A stretch of DNA of 64,000 nt from Fibrobacteria bacterium (GTDB lineage Bacteria; Fibrobacterota; Fibrobacteria; UBA11236; JADFYW01): the NCBI GenBank assembly GCA_050294405.1, contig JBNKOC010000027.1, positions 1-64,000 of the forward strand, written 5' to 3'. This document shows positions 29,010-37,333 of the stretch, in pieces. The translations under genes were made by a program, and so were the position numbers. Each line of letters opens with the position of its first letter. Position 1 is the stretch's first letter. The notes under the pieces are model-generated. The model made no database searches. It was not told the origin of the DNA and saw only the letters and a program-made list of their open reading frames with translations.

Positions 29010-30329
29010 TTAGAAAGAATAGGTAGCAGAAATTCTGGAAATAACATGGTGGCTAGGGCCGGAAAGTAGATTTCCACCTGTGTAAATAAAGTCTTCGGCG
29101 ACAGTTGCATCAACTTTGAGTTTCTCTTCAATATTTATTCCAATGCCAAAACCCACATGATCCTCTGGAGTGCCATTAGACACGGGGTTGGAATAAATAT
29201 AGTAATTGGTATTACCAGCCACGGTTTCCTTGTCGGAGGTGATTAACTTTTGACCGCCAACTCTAAGTACTAACCAATCCCACCATATATTTCTTTCGAT
29301 TCCAAAAGAAATACGGCCGCCATACTGGTCTAACTCATAGTAGTTTCCGCTTCCGCGCAATTCCACGTCATAAACAACTTTGCCATCGGATTCATAATAG
29401 CCCAACTGCTCCATGTGGTTAAAAATACCTTCGATTCCCAACCAAAAGAAACCTCTGTCTAAAGAAGCGTTTACCCCAATTCCAAAACTGAGATTGTTTT
29501 TTTTCTGACCCGGCCCATTTAGGTTTTCAAATTTAAAAACAGGCACCAATTCGCCATTTATTAATTCAACAGTGGAAAAAGAGCGAGCCTTTAAAAAGAA
29601 GCTGTATTGTGGGTCTACGTTGGAATCACCAAACTTAACAGAAGAAAAGCCAACAGAAAGTTCTCCATCTACGTTGCGGGCCAATGGCCAGTTGAGTCCC
29701 AAGTCTCCTCGCATTAAGTAAGTGCTCATTTCGTGGCTTTTATCTCCACTAACAATTCCATTTTCAACTTGCGCACCCTCCTGCATGGCAAAATAAATAT
29801 GGGAACCCATCATTCCCCCATTGGCCAAAGTAAATCCCAAAAAGCCATCAAAATTAGTGACGGGGGTGGGAACTACCACTGTATTTTCGTTTTCCAAGGT
29901 TATGGAATCAGGTAAAAGTTGATAGAGTTCTCTGTCAATTCTATTAAAGGCTCCCCCTATGCTCAACTGAGGGTAAATGTTTCCAGTTTCCCGGCTGCTT
30001 AAAGAATAGGAGAATAGGCCACCAAACCAGGGGTTTTCAGGGTCGCGGTTGTAGCGAGGGTTATGAAAAATTTCGCCGTCTTCCGTGGCAGAAGCATTAG
30101 CTTTGGCTTCTTCATCTAACTGGCTCTGGTTAAAACTTCCCATTTCACCAATTAAAAAGTTTGGAAAAACATTGATGTTTGCGGGGTTATCGAAGATACT
30201 AACATCATCCATAAAGAATGTGCTATGCTTACCCATGGACTCAACTCTGGCGTAAGAAGCCAATATTTGACCGGGAAAGCTTGAGAGAATTATTCCACAA
30301 AAAAGAGCAAAATAATTCATTTTCTTCAT
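29010..30329 (-). CDS. Outer-membrane beta-barrel protein (FadL/PorV-like N-terminus)
   Basis: Signal peptide; ARVESMG and SIFDNPAN resemble the ARxxGMG/NPA hatch motifs; amphipathic strands; C-terminal ATYSF BAM signal. Confidence 0.75.
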   Translation of the reverse strand: MKKMNYFALFCGIILSSFPGQILASYARVESMGKHSTFFMDDVSIFDNPANINVFPNFLIGEMGSFNQSQLDEEAKANASATEDGEIFHNPRYNRDPENPWFGGLFSYSLSSRETGNIYPQLSIGGAFNRIDRELYQLLPDSITLENENTVVVPTPVTNFDGFLGFTLANGGMMGSHIYFAMQEGAQVENGIVSGDKSHEMSTYLMRGDLGLNWPLARNVDGELSVGFSSVKFGDSNVDPQYSFFLKARSFSTVELINGELVPVFKFENLNGPGQKKNNLSFGIGVNASLDRGFFWLGIEGIFNHMEQLGYYESDGKVVYDVELRGSGNYYELDQYGGRISFGIERNIWWDWLVLRVGGQKLITSDKETVAGNTNYYIYSNPVSNGTPEDHVGFGIGINIEEKLKVDATVAEDFIYTGGNLLSGPSHHVISRISATYSF

Positions 30330-30409
30330 AAAAATTTCCTTTTCAGAATGGATATCCGTGACATTAAACTGTGTTATTAAATGTCAAAAATTTGAGTGCA
30401 AGACAAAAG

Positions 30410-30446
30410 CCTCACCTCTAAAAAAGTACACTTTTTAGAGGTGAGG
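30410..30446 (-). terminator. Strong hairpin/terminator after the TonB-like gene
   Basis: 15-bp inverted repeat cctcacctctaaaaa / tttttagaggtgagg followed by CTTTT on the minus strand. Confidence 0.75.
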
Positions 30447-30455
30447 TGGTAAAAA

Positions 30456-31478
30456 TTATTCTGAAAATGTTAGCGGGATAGTAACGATATCGTTACCTTT
30501 TGCACTGATGGGCTCGAAACGCCATCTACGAACTTTGTTTTTAATTTCAGCATCAAAATCTGAAACTCCGGTTGTGCTTCCGGCAATAGCAACACTAATA
30601 GTCTGGCCACTAGGTGCAATTTCAAAACGAAGCTTAATTTTACCAGAAAAGCCAGGATGCTTTTTAAGGTATTTATTATAGGTGTGCCTTAATCCAGGCA
30701 TATGTTGACGCACAACTCTTAAAATCGAAGCTGCAGAGCGGCGGCTACCACCAGCACCCATATCAATTTCAGAAGCTGAAGGAGCTCTCAAATTGCCTTT
30801 AGCAGAAACACCTACGCGCATATCATCTCCGCCTAGCAAACCACCAAGCATATCATCAATACCGCCTGTTCCACCAGCAGCAAAACCTTCGTTAAAGCCG
30901 GCATTTGCCTTTCCCTTACGTCCTGACAATCTAGTTTGTCCGGTAGTTTTAAGAGCGGCAATTTTGTCCAGGGATTTGTCGATATCCTTAAATTTGGAAG
31001 ACATTAAGTCATATGCTGTATGAGAAGAAGACTTGGATTTAGAGGTCAAAAGCTTTAAAACGCCTACACCATTTACATTTTGATGCTTGCGTTCACCTTT
31101 TGGCTTACCGCCTCCGCCCTTTTTCTTTCGGACTTTCTTCTTTTCTTCCTTTTTCTTCTTTTCTTCCTTCTTTTTTTCTTTCTTTTCGAAGTTAGCCGTG
31201 GCAGTAAGGGTATCATTCATTACAGCTACAATTTCAGGAATAATAATCTCCATCACTGTAAAGTAAGAACCCAAACAGGCCATAAGGATAACACAAACCG
31301 TGCCAAAACGGGCCAGACGTTTATCTGACTCCATTTCAAATTTGCTCATGAACTGGTCTTCAGCTGATTTTTCGGCAGCTTTGGCTGTTCTTACATCAAA
31401 ACGACGGTCAGTATCCATCTTCCTTCTATCGCTATGATGCTTTCTTTTTTCTTCAGAGTTGTTTAAATCGTCTGTCAT
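30456..31478 (-). CDS. TonB/TolA-like energy transducer with AgmX/PglI (GltG-like) C-terminal domain
   Basis: Single TM helix, Lys-rich and Gly-rich linker, C-terminal ILRVVRQHMPGLRHTYNKYLKKHPGFSGKIKLRFEI..WRF..VTIPLTF. Confidence 0.82.
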   Translation of the reverse strand: MTDDLNNSEEKRKHHSDRRKMDTDRRFDVRTAKAAEKSAEDQFMSKFEMESDKRLARFGTVCVILMACLGSYFTVMEIIIPEIVAVMNDTLTATANFEKKEKKKEEKKKKEEKKKVRKKKGGGGKPKGERKHQNVNGVGVLKLLTSKSKSSSHTAYDLMSSKFKDIDKSLDKIAALKTTGQTRLSGRKGKANAGFNEGFAAGGTGGIDDMLGGLLGGDDMRVGVSAKGNLRAPSASEIDMGAGGSRRSAASILRVVRQHMPGLRHTYNKYLKKHPGFSGKIKLRFEIAPSGQTISVAIAGSTTGVSDFDAEIKNKVRRWRFEPISAKGNDIVTIPLTFSE

Positions 31479-31480
31479 GA

Positions 31481-31966
31481 TTATCCCTCGTCCTCCCGTT
31501 TAGTAACGGCGAATTTTACATTGGTGTAACCGGCATAACCACAAGTGGCCACCATTTTGGTCACAACATCGTATTCCATGTTTTTATCAAACTGAAGGAC
31601 TATTTTGCCAACAGATTGGTCAATAATTCCAGCCAGAGCTGATTCTTTTTCTTCAGCTCTTTTTTCTTTTAAAACTTCAAGAACGGGTTGGATATTAAGA
31701 CTATCTTGCTTAGCCACATCGGTAGTTTGCGCCACCTGCTGGTCATCCACCAACACCCAATCAGGATCAACCACAATGCTCAACGCAACTTCCGTGGGTG
31801 TTTTTGATTTTGCAGATTGAGGCAATACCAAGTTGTCAGCAGAAGTCATTAAGTTACCTTCCGTTGCAAAACTTTTTAATAAGAACACAAGCACGATTGT
31901 AAACATATCCATCATGGATGTTATGTTTAAGTCGCCTCTTTCGTGTTTAGTCTTTGATCTAGCCAT
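31481..31966 (-). CDS. ExbD/TolR family protein (AglS-like)
   Basis: LNITSMMDMFTIVLVFLLKSF TM with the conserved Asp; LQFDKNMEY..AGY. Confidence 0.88.
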   Translation of the reverse strand: MARSKTKHERGDLNITSMMDMFTIVLVFLLKSFATEGNLMTSADNLVLPQSAKSKTPTEVALSIVVDPDWVLVDDQQVAQTTDVAKQDSLNIQPVLEVLKEKRAEEKESALAGIIDQSVGKIVLQFDKNMEYDVVTKMVATCGYAGYTNVKFAVTKREDEG

Positions 31967-31972
31967 TTATAA

Positions 31973-32782
31973 TTAGCCTCCGAGTAATGAAAGTGATAGC
32001 TGTGAAAAGCCTGCGTATTTCGCAGCATCCATTACATGAATAATTTTGTCATAGATAATTTTGGGACTAGCTAAAATGGTAAGCTTATCAATGTCAGCAG
32101 GAGGTTCTTCTCTTTTAGAAGCTGCTAATTGAAGCTTCCAAAGGTCTCGTGCCAATGCATCATATGCAGAAAGCTTTCCCAATTTAAACAAATGAATTTC
32201 ATTGTTTTTCATTTGCCTCAAAGTAGGCTCTCCAATGATTTGAAATTGCTCACCAGCTTGGGGAACTCTTGTGAAAAATTCTCCCGCAGTATCCACTAAA
32301 GGTTCATCTAAATGATTGAGAGCAACCATTTGAAACTCACCTGGATCTGCACTATCCTGTTTCGCTAAATAATGAAGAAAGATTTTATCTTTTTCATAAG
32401 GAGTCATTTCCTTACCATCGGTAGGGCTTTTTACAACCTTCCCGTCTTCAAATAATTCACGAAAGCGATGTCCGTCGGATTTTGACCTGTATTCCACTTC
32501 TTCCTGATAATAGAAGCTGGGCATAAATCCACCACTGGCACCGGCAGTTAAATAATCATTGGTAATGATTACAGTCAAATTGAGATTTTGATCATCAACT
32601 TGAGTTTTAGGCTGATCAGGGGGTACTTCACTTCTTTCAGGCAAGTTCAATTCCAGAATTCCCAATTTTTCAAAAACTGCCACTGAAAGCAGAAATGGAA
32701 TGAGAATGGAAAACAAGTTCATGAAGGGCAAAAGATCTAGTTCTTTCGCCTTCGCTTTTTGGTGTCTGGATTTAAATGCCAT
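31973..32782 (-). CDS. ExbD/TolR family protein (AglQ-like) with large periplasmic insertion
   Basis: ELDLLPFMNLFSILIPFLLSVAVF TM; C-terminal YDKIIHVMDAAKYAGF. Confidence 0.82.
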   Translation of the reverse strand: MAFKSRHQKAKAKELDLLPFMNLFSILIPFLLSVAVFEKLGILELNLPERSEVPPDQPKTQVDDQNLNLTVIITNDYLTAGASGGFMPSFYYQEEVEYRSKSDGHRFRELFEDGKVVKSPTDGKEMTPYEKDKIFLHYLAKQDSADPGEFQMVALNHLDEPLVDTAGEFFTRVPQAGEQFQIIGEPTLRQMKNNEIHLFKLGKLSAYDALARDLWKLQLAASKREEPPADIDKLTILASPKIIYDKIIHVMDAAKYAGFSQLSLSLLGG

Positions 32783-32800
32783 AATTAGAAATCCTAACTA

Positions 32801-33415
32801 TTAAATAAGGTTCATTACTTTTACAGCTTTTTCTTCTAATTCTTCAATCAATCTTTCAGATTGAGAAGTAAGCAGACCGTGCATGAAAATGGTAGGAATC
32901 GCAACAGTCAAACCGAAGAATGTAGTACCCATCGCGATAGAAATACCGTTTGCAAGAGCAGCAGGACGTTCAGCGGCAGGCAAGTTAGCTACAGCGTCAA
33001 AGGAAACAATCAAACCGTAAATTGTACCCAAAAGACCAGCAAGTGTGGCCAAGTTAGCTACAGTAATCAACAGGTTTAAATAGCGTCCAATTCTTGGAGC
33101 TTCAGTAAGATATACTTCATCAACAGCTTTGTCGATATAAGAAGATCCTCTGTCCTTGTTATTAAGAACGGCAGAAATTACACTAGCCAAAGGAAAAGAC
33201 TGGCTTGCAGCGTGTTTTCCGGCTTCGTCCAATTTACCGGCTTGGAGCAAACGAGCGATATTGCTCATAAAAGCACCGCGGCCAGAAGAACATTTGATAT
33301 ATATATAGTAGGCACGTTCAGCAACTAGTGCTAGTGCGAGCGCACCAAAAATTAAAATGGCCCACATAAATACAGAACCATCTTTTTGGAATCCAGAAGC
33401 GATTACATTAAGCAT
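32801..33415 (-). CDS. MotA/TolQ/ExbB proton channel (AglR-like)
   Basis: ATLAGLLGTIYGLI..F, GISIAMGTTFFGLTVAIP. Confidence 0.92.
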   Translation of the reverse strand: MLNVIASGFQKDGSVFMWAILIFGALALALVAERAYYIYIKCSSGRGAFMSNIARLLQAGKLDEAGKHAASQSFPLASVISAVLNNKDRGSSYIDKAVDEVYLTEAPRIGRYLNLLITVANLATLAGLLGTIYGLIVSFDAVANLPAAERPAALANGISIAMGTTFFGLTVAIPTIFMHGLLTSQSERLIEELEEKAVKVMNLI

Positions 33416-33526
33416 TTTTTATCCTTTTTTAATTGAGTTGAGGTGATGATGTGATTGTGGTTTTTTTAAGATCAACATTTCCTAGTTAATTAGTTAAAAG
33501 ATAGACCAAAAAGGTTTTTCCTGCTG

Positions 33527-33559
33527 GCTGTTTTTAGAGATTTTTATTCTAAAAACAGC
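33527..33559. other. Intergenic stem-loop within the operon
   Basis: 12-bp inverted repeat gctgtttttaga / tctaaaaacagc. Confidence 0.7.
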
Positions 33560-33570
33560 TTAAACAAGCC

Positions 33571-36500
33571 TTATTCATTGCTGCTGGCAGCAGCGCCTGG
33601 CCCAGCGTTTTCTTTGTCGATTTCCTTCAGCAATCTCTCAATTTCCATTTTTGCCGCAGCTTCCATTTCATTGAGCATTTTGATTTTTTTGGATTCTGAC
33701 ATACTTGGATCTTCAAAAATTTGGGCGATTTTCTCGCTATTCGCCTTATAAGTATCATCCACATAATTTTTCATCATATCTTTTTCAGCATCTGTCAGGG
33801 CTTTTAACTGAAGTTCAGGAGCTTCCGGGTCGATTTCTCCAAGAACAGATTTGATACGAGCCACAACATCGTTATCAATGGAATAGAATTGAGCCGCTTT
33901 AAGACCTGTTCCGAAAGGAACTTTGGATTGTTGATTCATTTCATAGCGTTTGTCTTCCAAAATGGCTTTGTACTCCGCTTCCTCCTCAGGAGATAATCCT
34001 TGAGGTATTGGAGAGTTTGCCAAAATATTTCCCAAATCCAGGAAGACCTGTCCTTTGAGTAGATAGGTTGTCATGTATTGTTCTTCGGAAAGTTTAATCC
34101 ACTCATTGCCAGACAATCCTTGCTCACGAGCTAGGTCTAGGTTTTTCTGATAAATACTTCTGGCTTTGTCATAAAGACCTGGTAAGCCGCGGAGGATTTG
34201 AATTTTTTCTCCGAGGATAGCTTCTTGTGAACGTGCCTGGATTTTTTCCTCACTTGTGATTCTAGCCATGCTCATAAACAAATCACCCATTTTCAAGGTA
34301 CTGCGCAAGGTCCATTCCTGCTCTGATTGCTCAAGAGAGAATGTAAAGTGTTCCACAGATTCCTGAAGATCTTTTGTCAATTCTTTCAAGCGTTGGGCAT
34401 TTACTTTCTTAGAAGAATTCAACTTGCGACCATCCACCTTTGTGAAATAAATTTCACCTGCTCTATAAGCTGCTTCGGCTGGTATAGCACTTGGAATTTC
34501 CACATCTTTAGCAGCAAGAAAGGTTTTCTTAACATCGCTGAAATAATCCACCGCCTCTTCGGGCTTGTTTAGCTTTTCCTGGTAAATTTTTCCAGCGGCA
34601 AGCTGGGCACGAATAAGCTTCTGAGGATCTTTGTTGTATTTCTTAATGAATGTTTCATAGGACTTAACAGCCTGTGAAAAGTTTCCTCTTTTCTCCTGAA
34701 TCAAAGGCACAGAGAACAGGGCTTCGAGAGCATAGTTGCTTTTAGCGTATTTATCGCCAAGCAATTCATATACACGAATGGCATTGCTCCAATCTTCCAG
34801 CTCTTCGTAAGTCTGACCGGCATTATAAATAAAAGAAGGGGTCTTTACATCTTGCGGGAAAAATTGATGGGCGCTTTCGTATGTTTTAGCAGCCATCGCC
34901 AAGCTCTTTCCTTCCGTATAGGCTTCAGCAGCCCAACCAATAGAGCTGAAAGCTGTTGAATCCTTGGGGAACTTATTGCGAACAATTAGGAAGGTTTCAG
35001 CACTTTCTTTAAACTGCTCATTTTTCTTGTAGATACTGGCCGCTCTTAAGATGGATTTAATAGCCAATTCTGATTTGGGGAAACTGGTGTGTAAGCCAAG
35101 GAAAGTGCTGGTTGCATTGGGAACATCCTTCGCTTCTTCATACTGAGCACCGGCTTCAAACATGGCTTTATCGGCGATATTAACACCTTTGTACTTGTTG
35201 GCCACTCTCATGTAAGCTTCAGCGGCTTCCTTGTGCTGACCATTTTTAACTTTTTGATCGGCCTGTTTAAAAATAGCTGAGGCTACGGACAGTTCAATAT
35301 CAGCGTAAGCTTTGTCATTTTTAGGAGTATTGTTGAGGAGCTCAGCAAATACTTTTTCTGATTCTTCATAGTTGCCGCTCTCTAACAAGCTCTGTCCCAA
35401 CATTCTGCGAATCAAGTTGGTATGTTTATGGCTTTTAAAATTGGCCAAAAGGTCTCTTAAGGAGTTAACCGCTTTGTCATATTGCTTGGCTTCGTAATGC
35501 ACTAGCGCAGCATTGTAAGCAATATCAGGGGCAGAATTGGAAGTTCCAAATTTACCCATGTAAGATTCAACAGCATCAAAGTACTTTCGGGTTTCCGCTT
35601 TTGCATAAGCTTGCTCTTTGTTATCGCCCAAAGATTTTACAACCTGCTGTCTATCCAAATCCAACATGTAGACTTGGTTGTAAGCCGCATCTCCAGCTGT
35701 GAGAATACTCTTTTTCTTTTCAGCAGAAAGTTTCCCGTATTTCGAGGTATTGGCATTGGCGCACCAAGCATATTCTTCTGCGGCCTTTGAGTACTGATTC
35801 AGCAGATTATAAACTGCACCAAGATTTTGGTGTGCTTCGTAAACTTCCCAAGAATCTTCGCTATATCTGCTAATATAGGCTTTATACCCAGATTCGGCTT
35901 TTGCTAACAAATCCTTATTTGGATTCTTTTTATCTTCAGCAGCCTTGTTATGATAATAAAGAGGAATTTGGAACATAGCGTTTTTAACAGCTTTTTGAGC
36001 ATCGGCCATTCCTTCTTTGTTTCCTGAATTTGCTCTTTCCCAGGCAGAACCGGGGCGATATCTTTCCACTAAGGAAATACGCGCTTCCTGAGCTTCGTCA
36101 GGACGTTTTTCAATAACCAAAGTTTTAACAATATTAATATCGGCTTGGGGAGCTTTAGGATAGTTGGGGTCGATGTCCAGCAAATGTTTGAAAGCCTTGC
36201 GAGCTTCTTCCAAACGATCGTGACTTAGATTTTTTTCTCCCATTTGATAGTAAACATCATTTTCCCAGTTATGTCCTTTACCATGCAAAAATTTATACGC
36301 TCTTTCTACGCCATCTTCCATGTCCGCCCAACAGGCAGCCATAAACTCTCTGGCTTCTAAAGCAAGATCCCCTTTGATTTCACCTTGTTCTGCACGAATT
36401 ACAAAGTCGTAATACAATTCAGCTGCTTTTCCAAAATCAGCCATGTTATAATAACATTCGGCCTTGTGATAAAGGGCCAACGCAGCTTCCTGACCACCGT

Positions 36501-37266
36501 AAGAAGCAGGTATTTTCTCGTAGGCTTCAATAGCTTTTTTATAGCTGCGCAACATGTACCAGTGTTCACCAATACGCAATTGTGCAGGAACATATAGGGG
36601 ATGATCGGGATATTGCTTAACTAATTTATCCAAAAATTGGAACGCTTCATCATCTTTTCCTTGAATACTGTATATAAAGGCCAGGCGATAATAAACCTTA
36701 GGAATTTCGGAATATTTGGGATAATCCTTCATGATTATTTCAAAATACTGCAAAGATTTGTCGTGATTTCTGGTAGGGGGAGTTGGCTCTACGCCTTTTT
36801 TATCTCTGTCTTCCCATTTTTGCATATCCTTTTCGTATTTGGTTTGCTTAATACGAAAGTCATCTTCTTCGTTTCTGAAATTTAAGTTACCAAGCTGAAA
36901 GTAGGCTAAAGCACATCGGCTGTTTTTGCTATCCTTACAAGTTTTTACAAAGTCTTCAAACTGTTTAATGTTATTCTGACGGTTTTCAATATCTTCTTCG
37001 ATGGTCTTGTTAGATTGAGACCGACGTTCATCGCGTTTTTGGTTTTCCAAAGCTGTTTTTCTCTTGAATTCATTCAGCTCTTTTTGATATTTATCTTTGC
37101 GCTTTTCGTATTTTTCCAAACATTCAGACCTATCCGGTTCAGATTGCTTATCGCATTTTTTCTTAAGTTGTATAAGTTTAGAGCGTTCTTTCTTGAAATC
37201 TTTTAGCGATGCGCCAAAAGAAGGTAAAGTAAATAATCCAATTAATAATATTACCAGTGTTTTCAT
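33571..37266 (-). CDS. Large periplasmic TPR protein (AgmU/GltD-like scaffold)
   Basis: Signal peptide, N-terminal coiled coil, many TPR repeats, C-terminal PIPQGLSPEEEAEYKAILE motif reminiscent of myxobacterial gliding TPR proteins. Confidence 0.8.
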   Translation of the reverse strand: MKTLVILLIGLFTLPSFGASLKDFKKERSKLIQLKKKCDKQSEPDRSECLEKYEKRKDKYQKELNEFKRKTALENQKRDERRSQSNKTIEEDIENRQNNIKQFEDFVKTCKDSKNSRCALAYFQLGNLNFRNEEDDFRIKQTKYEKDMQKWEDRDKKGVEPTPPTRNHDKSLQYFEIIMKDYPKYSEIPKVYYRLAFIYSIQGKDDEAFQFLDKLVKQYPDHPLYVPAQLRIGEHWYMLRSYKKAIEAYEKIPASYGGQEAALALYHKAECYYNMADFGKAAELYYDFVIRAEQGEIKGDLALEAREFMAACWADMEDGVERAYKFLHGKGHNWENDVYYQMGEKNLSHDRLEEARKAFKHLLDIDPNYPKAPQADINIVKTLVIEKRPDEAQEARISLVERYRPGSAWERANSGNKEGMADAQKAVKNAMFQIPLYYHNKAAEDKKNPNKDLLAKAESGYKAYISRYSEDSWEVYEAHQNLGAVYNLLNQYSKAAEEYAWCANANTSKYGKLSAEKKKSILTAGDAAYNQVYMLDLDRQQVVKSLGDNKEQAYAKAETRKYFDAVESYMGKFGTSNSAPDIAYNAALVHYEAKQYDKAVNSLRDLLANFKSHKHTNLIRRMLGQSLLESGNYEESEKVFAELLNNTPKNDKAYADIELSVASAIFKQADQKVKNGQHKEAAEAYMRVANKYKGVNIADKAMFEAGAQYEEAKDVPNATSTFLGLHTSFPKSELAIKSILRAASIYKKNEQFKESAETFLIVRNKFPKDSTAFSSIGWAAEAYTEGKSLAMAAKTYESAHQFFPQDVKTPSFIYNAGQTYEELEDWSNAIRVYELLGDKYAKSNYALEALFSVPLIQEKRGNFSQAVKSYETFIKKYNKDPQKLIRAQLAAGKIYQEKLNKPEEAVDYFSDVKKTFLAAKDVEIPSAIPAEAAYRAGEIYFTKVDGRKLNSSKKVNAQRLKELTKDLQESVEHFTFSLEQSEQEWTLRSTLKMGDLFMSMARITSEEKIQARSQEAILGEKIQILRGLPGLYDKARSIYQKNLDLAREQGLSGNEWIKLSEEQYMTTYLLKGQVFLDLGNILANSPIPQGLSPEEEAEYKAILEDKRYEMNQQSKVPFGTGLKAAQFYSIDNDVVARIKSVLGEIDPEAPELQLKALTDAEKDMMKNYVDDTYKANSEKIAQIFEDPSMSESKKIKMLNEMEAAAKMEIERLLKEIDKENAGPGAAASSNE

Positions 37267-37285
37267 AGGGGGTCCTCAATAATAC

Positions 37286-37307
37286 TGGATGCGGGTTTCC
37301 GCATCCA
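37286..37307. other. Intergenic stem-loop within the operon
   Basis: tggatgcgg-gttt-ccgcatcca, perfect 9-bp stem. Confidence 0.7.
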
Positions 37308-37333
37308 TTAAATTTAAGCCACAAGTTTTCATG

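Noticed and set aside
30456..33415. Standard Tol-Pal or TonB-ExbBD uptake locus
   Set aside because: No tolB, pal or TonB-dependent receptor; two dissimilar ExbDs and an AgmX/PglI-type C-domain fit Agl/Glt-like systems better. I withheld agl/glt gene symbols because orthology is untested.
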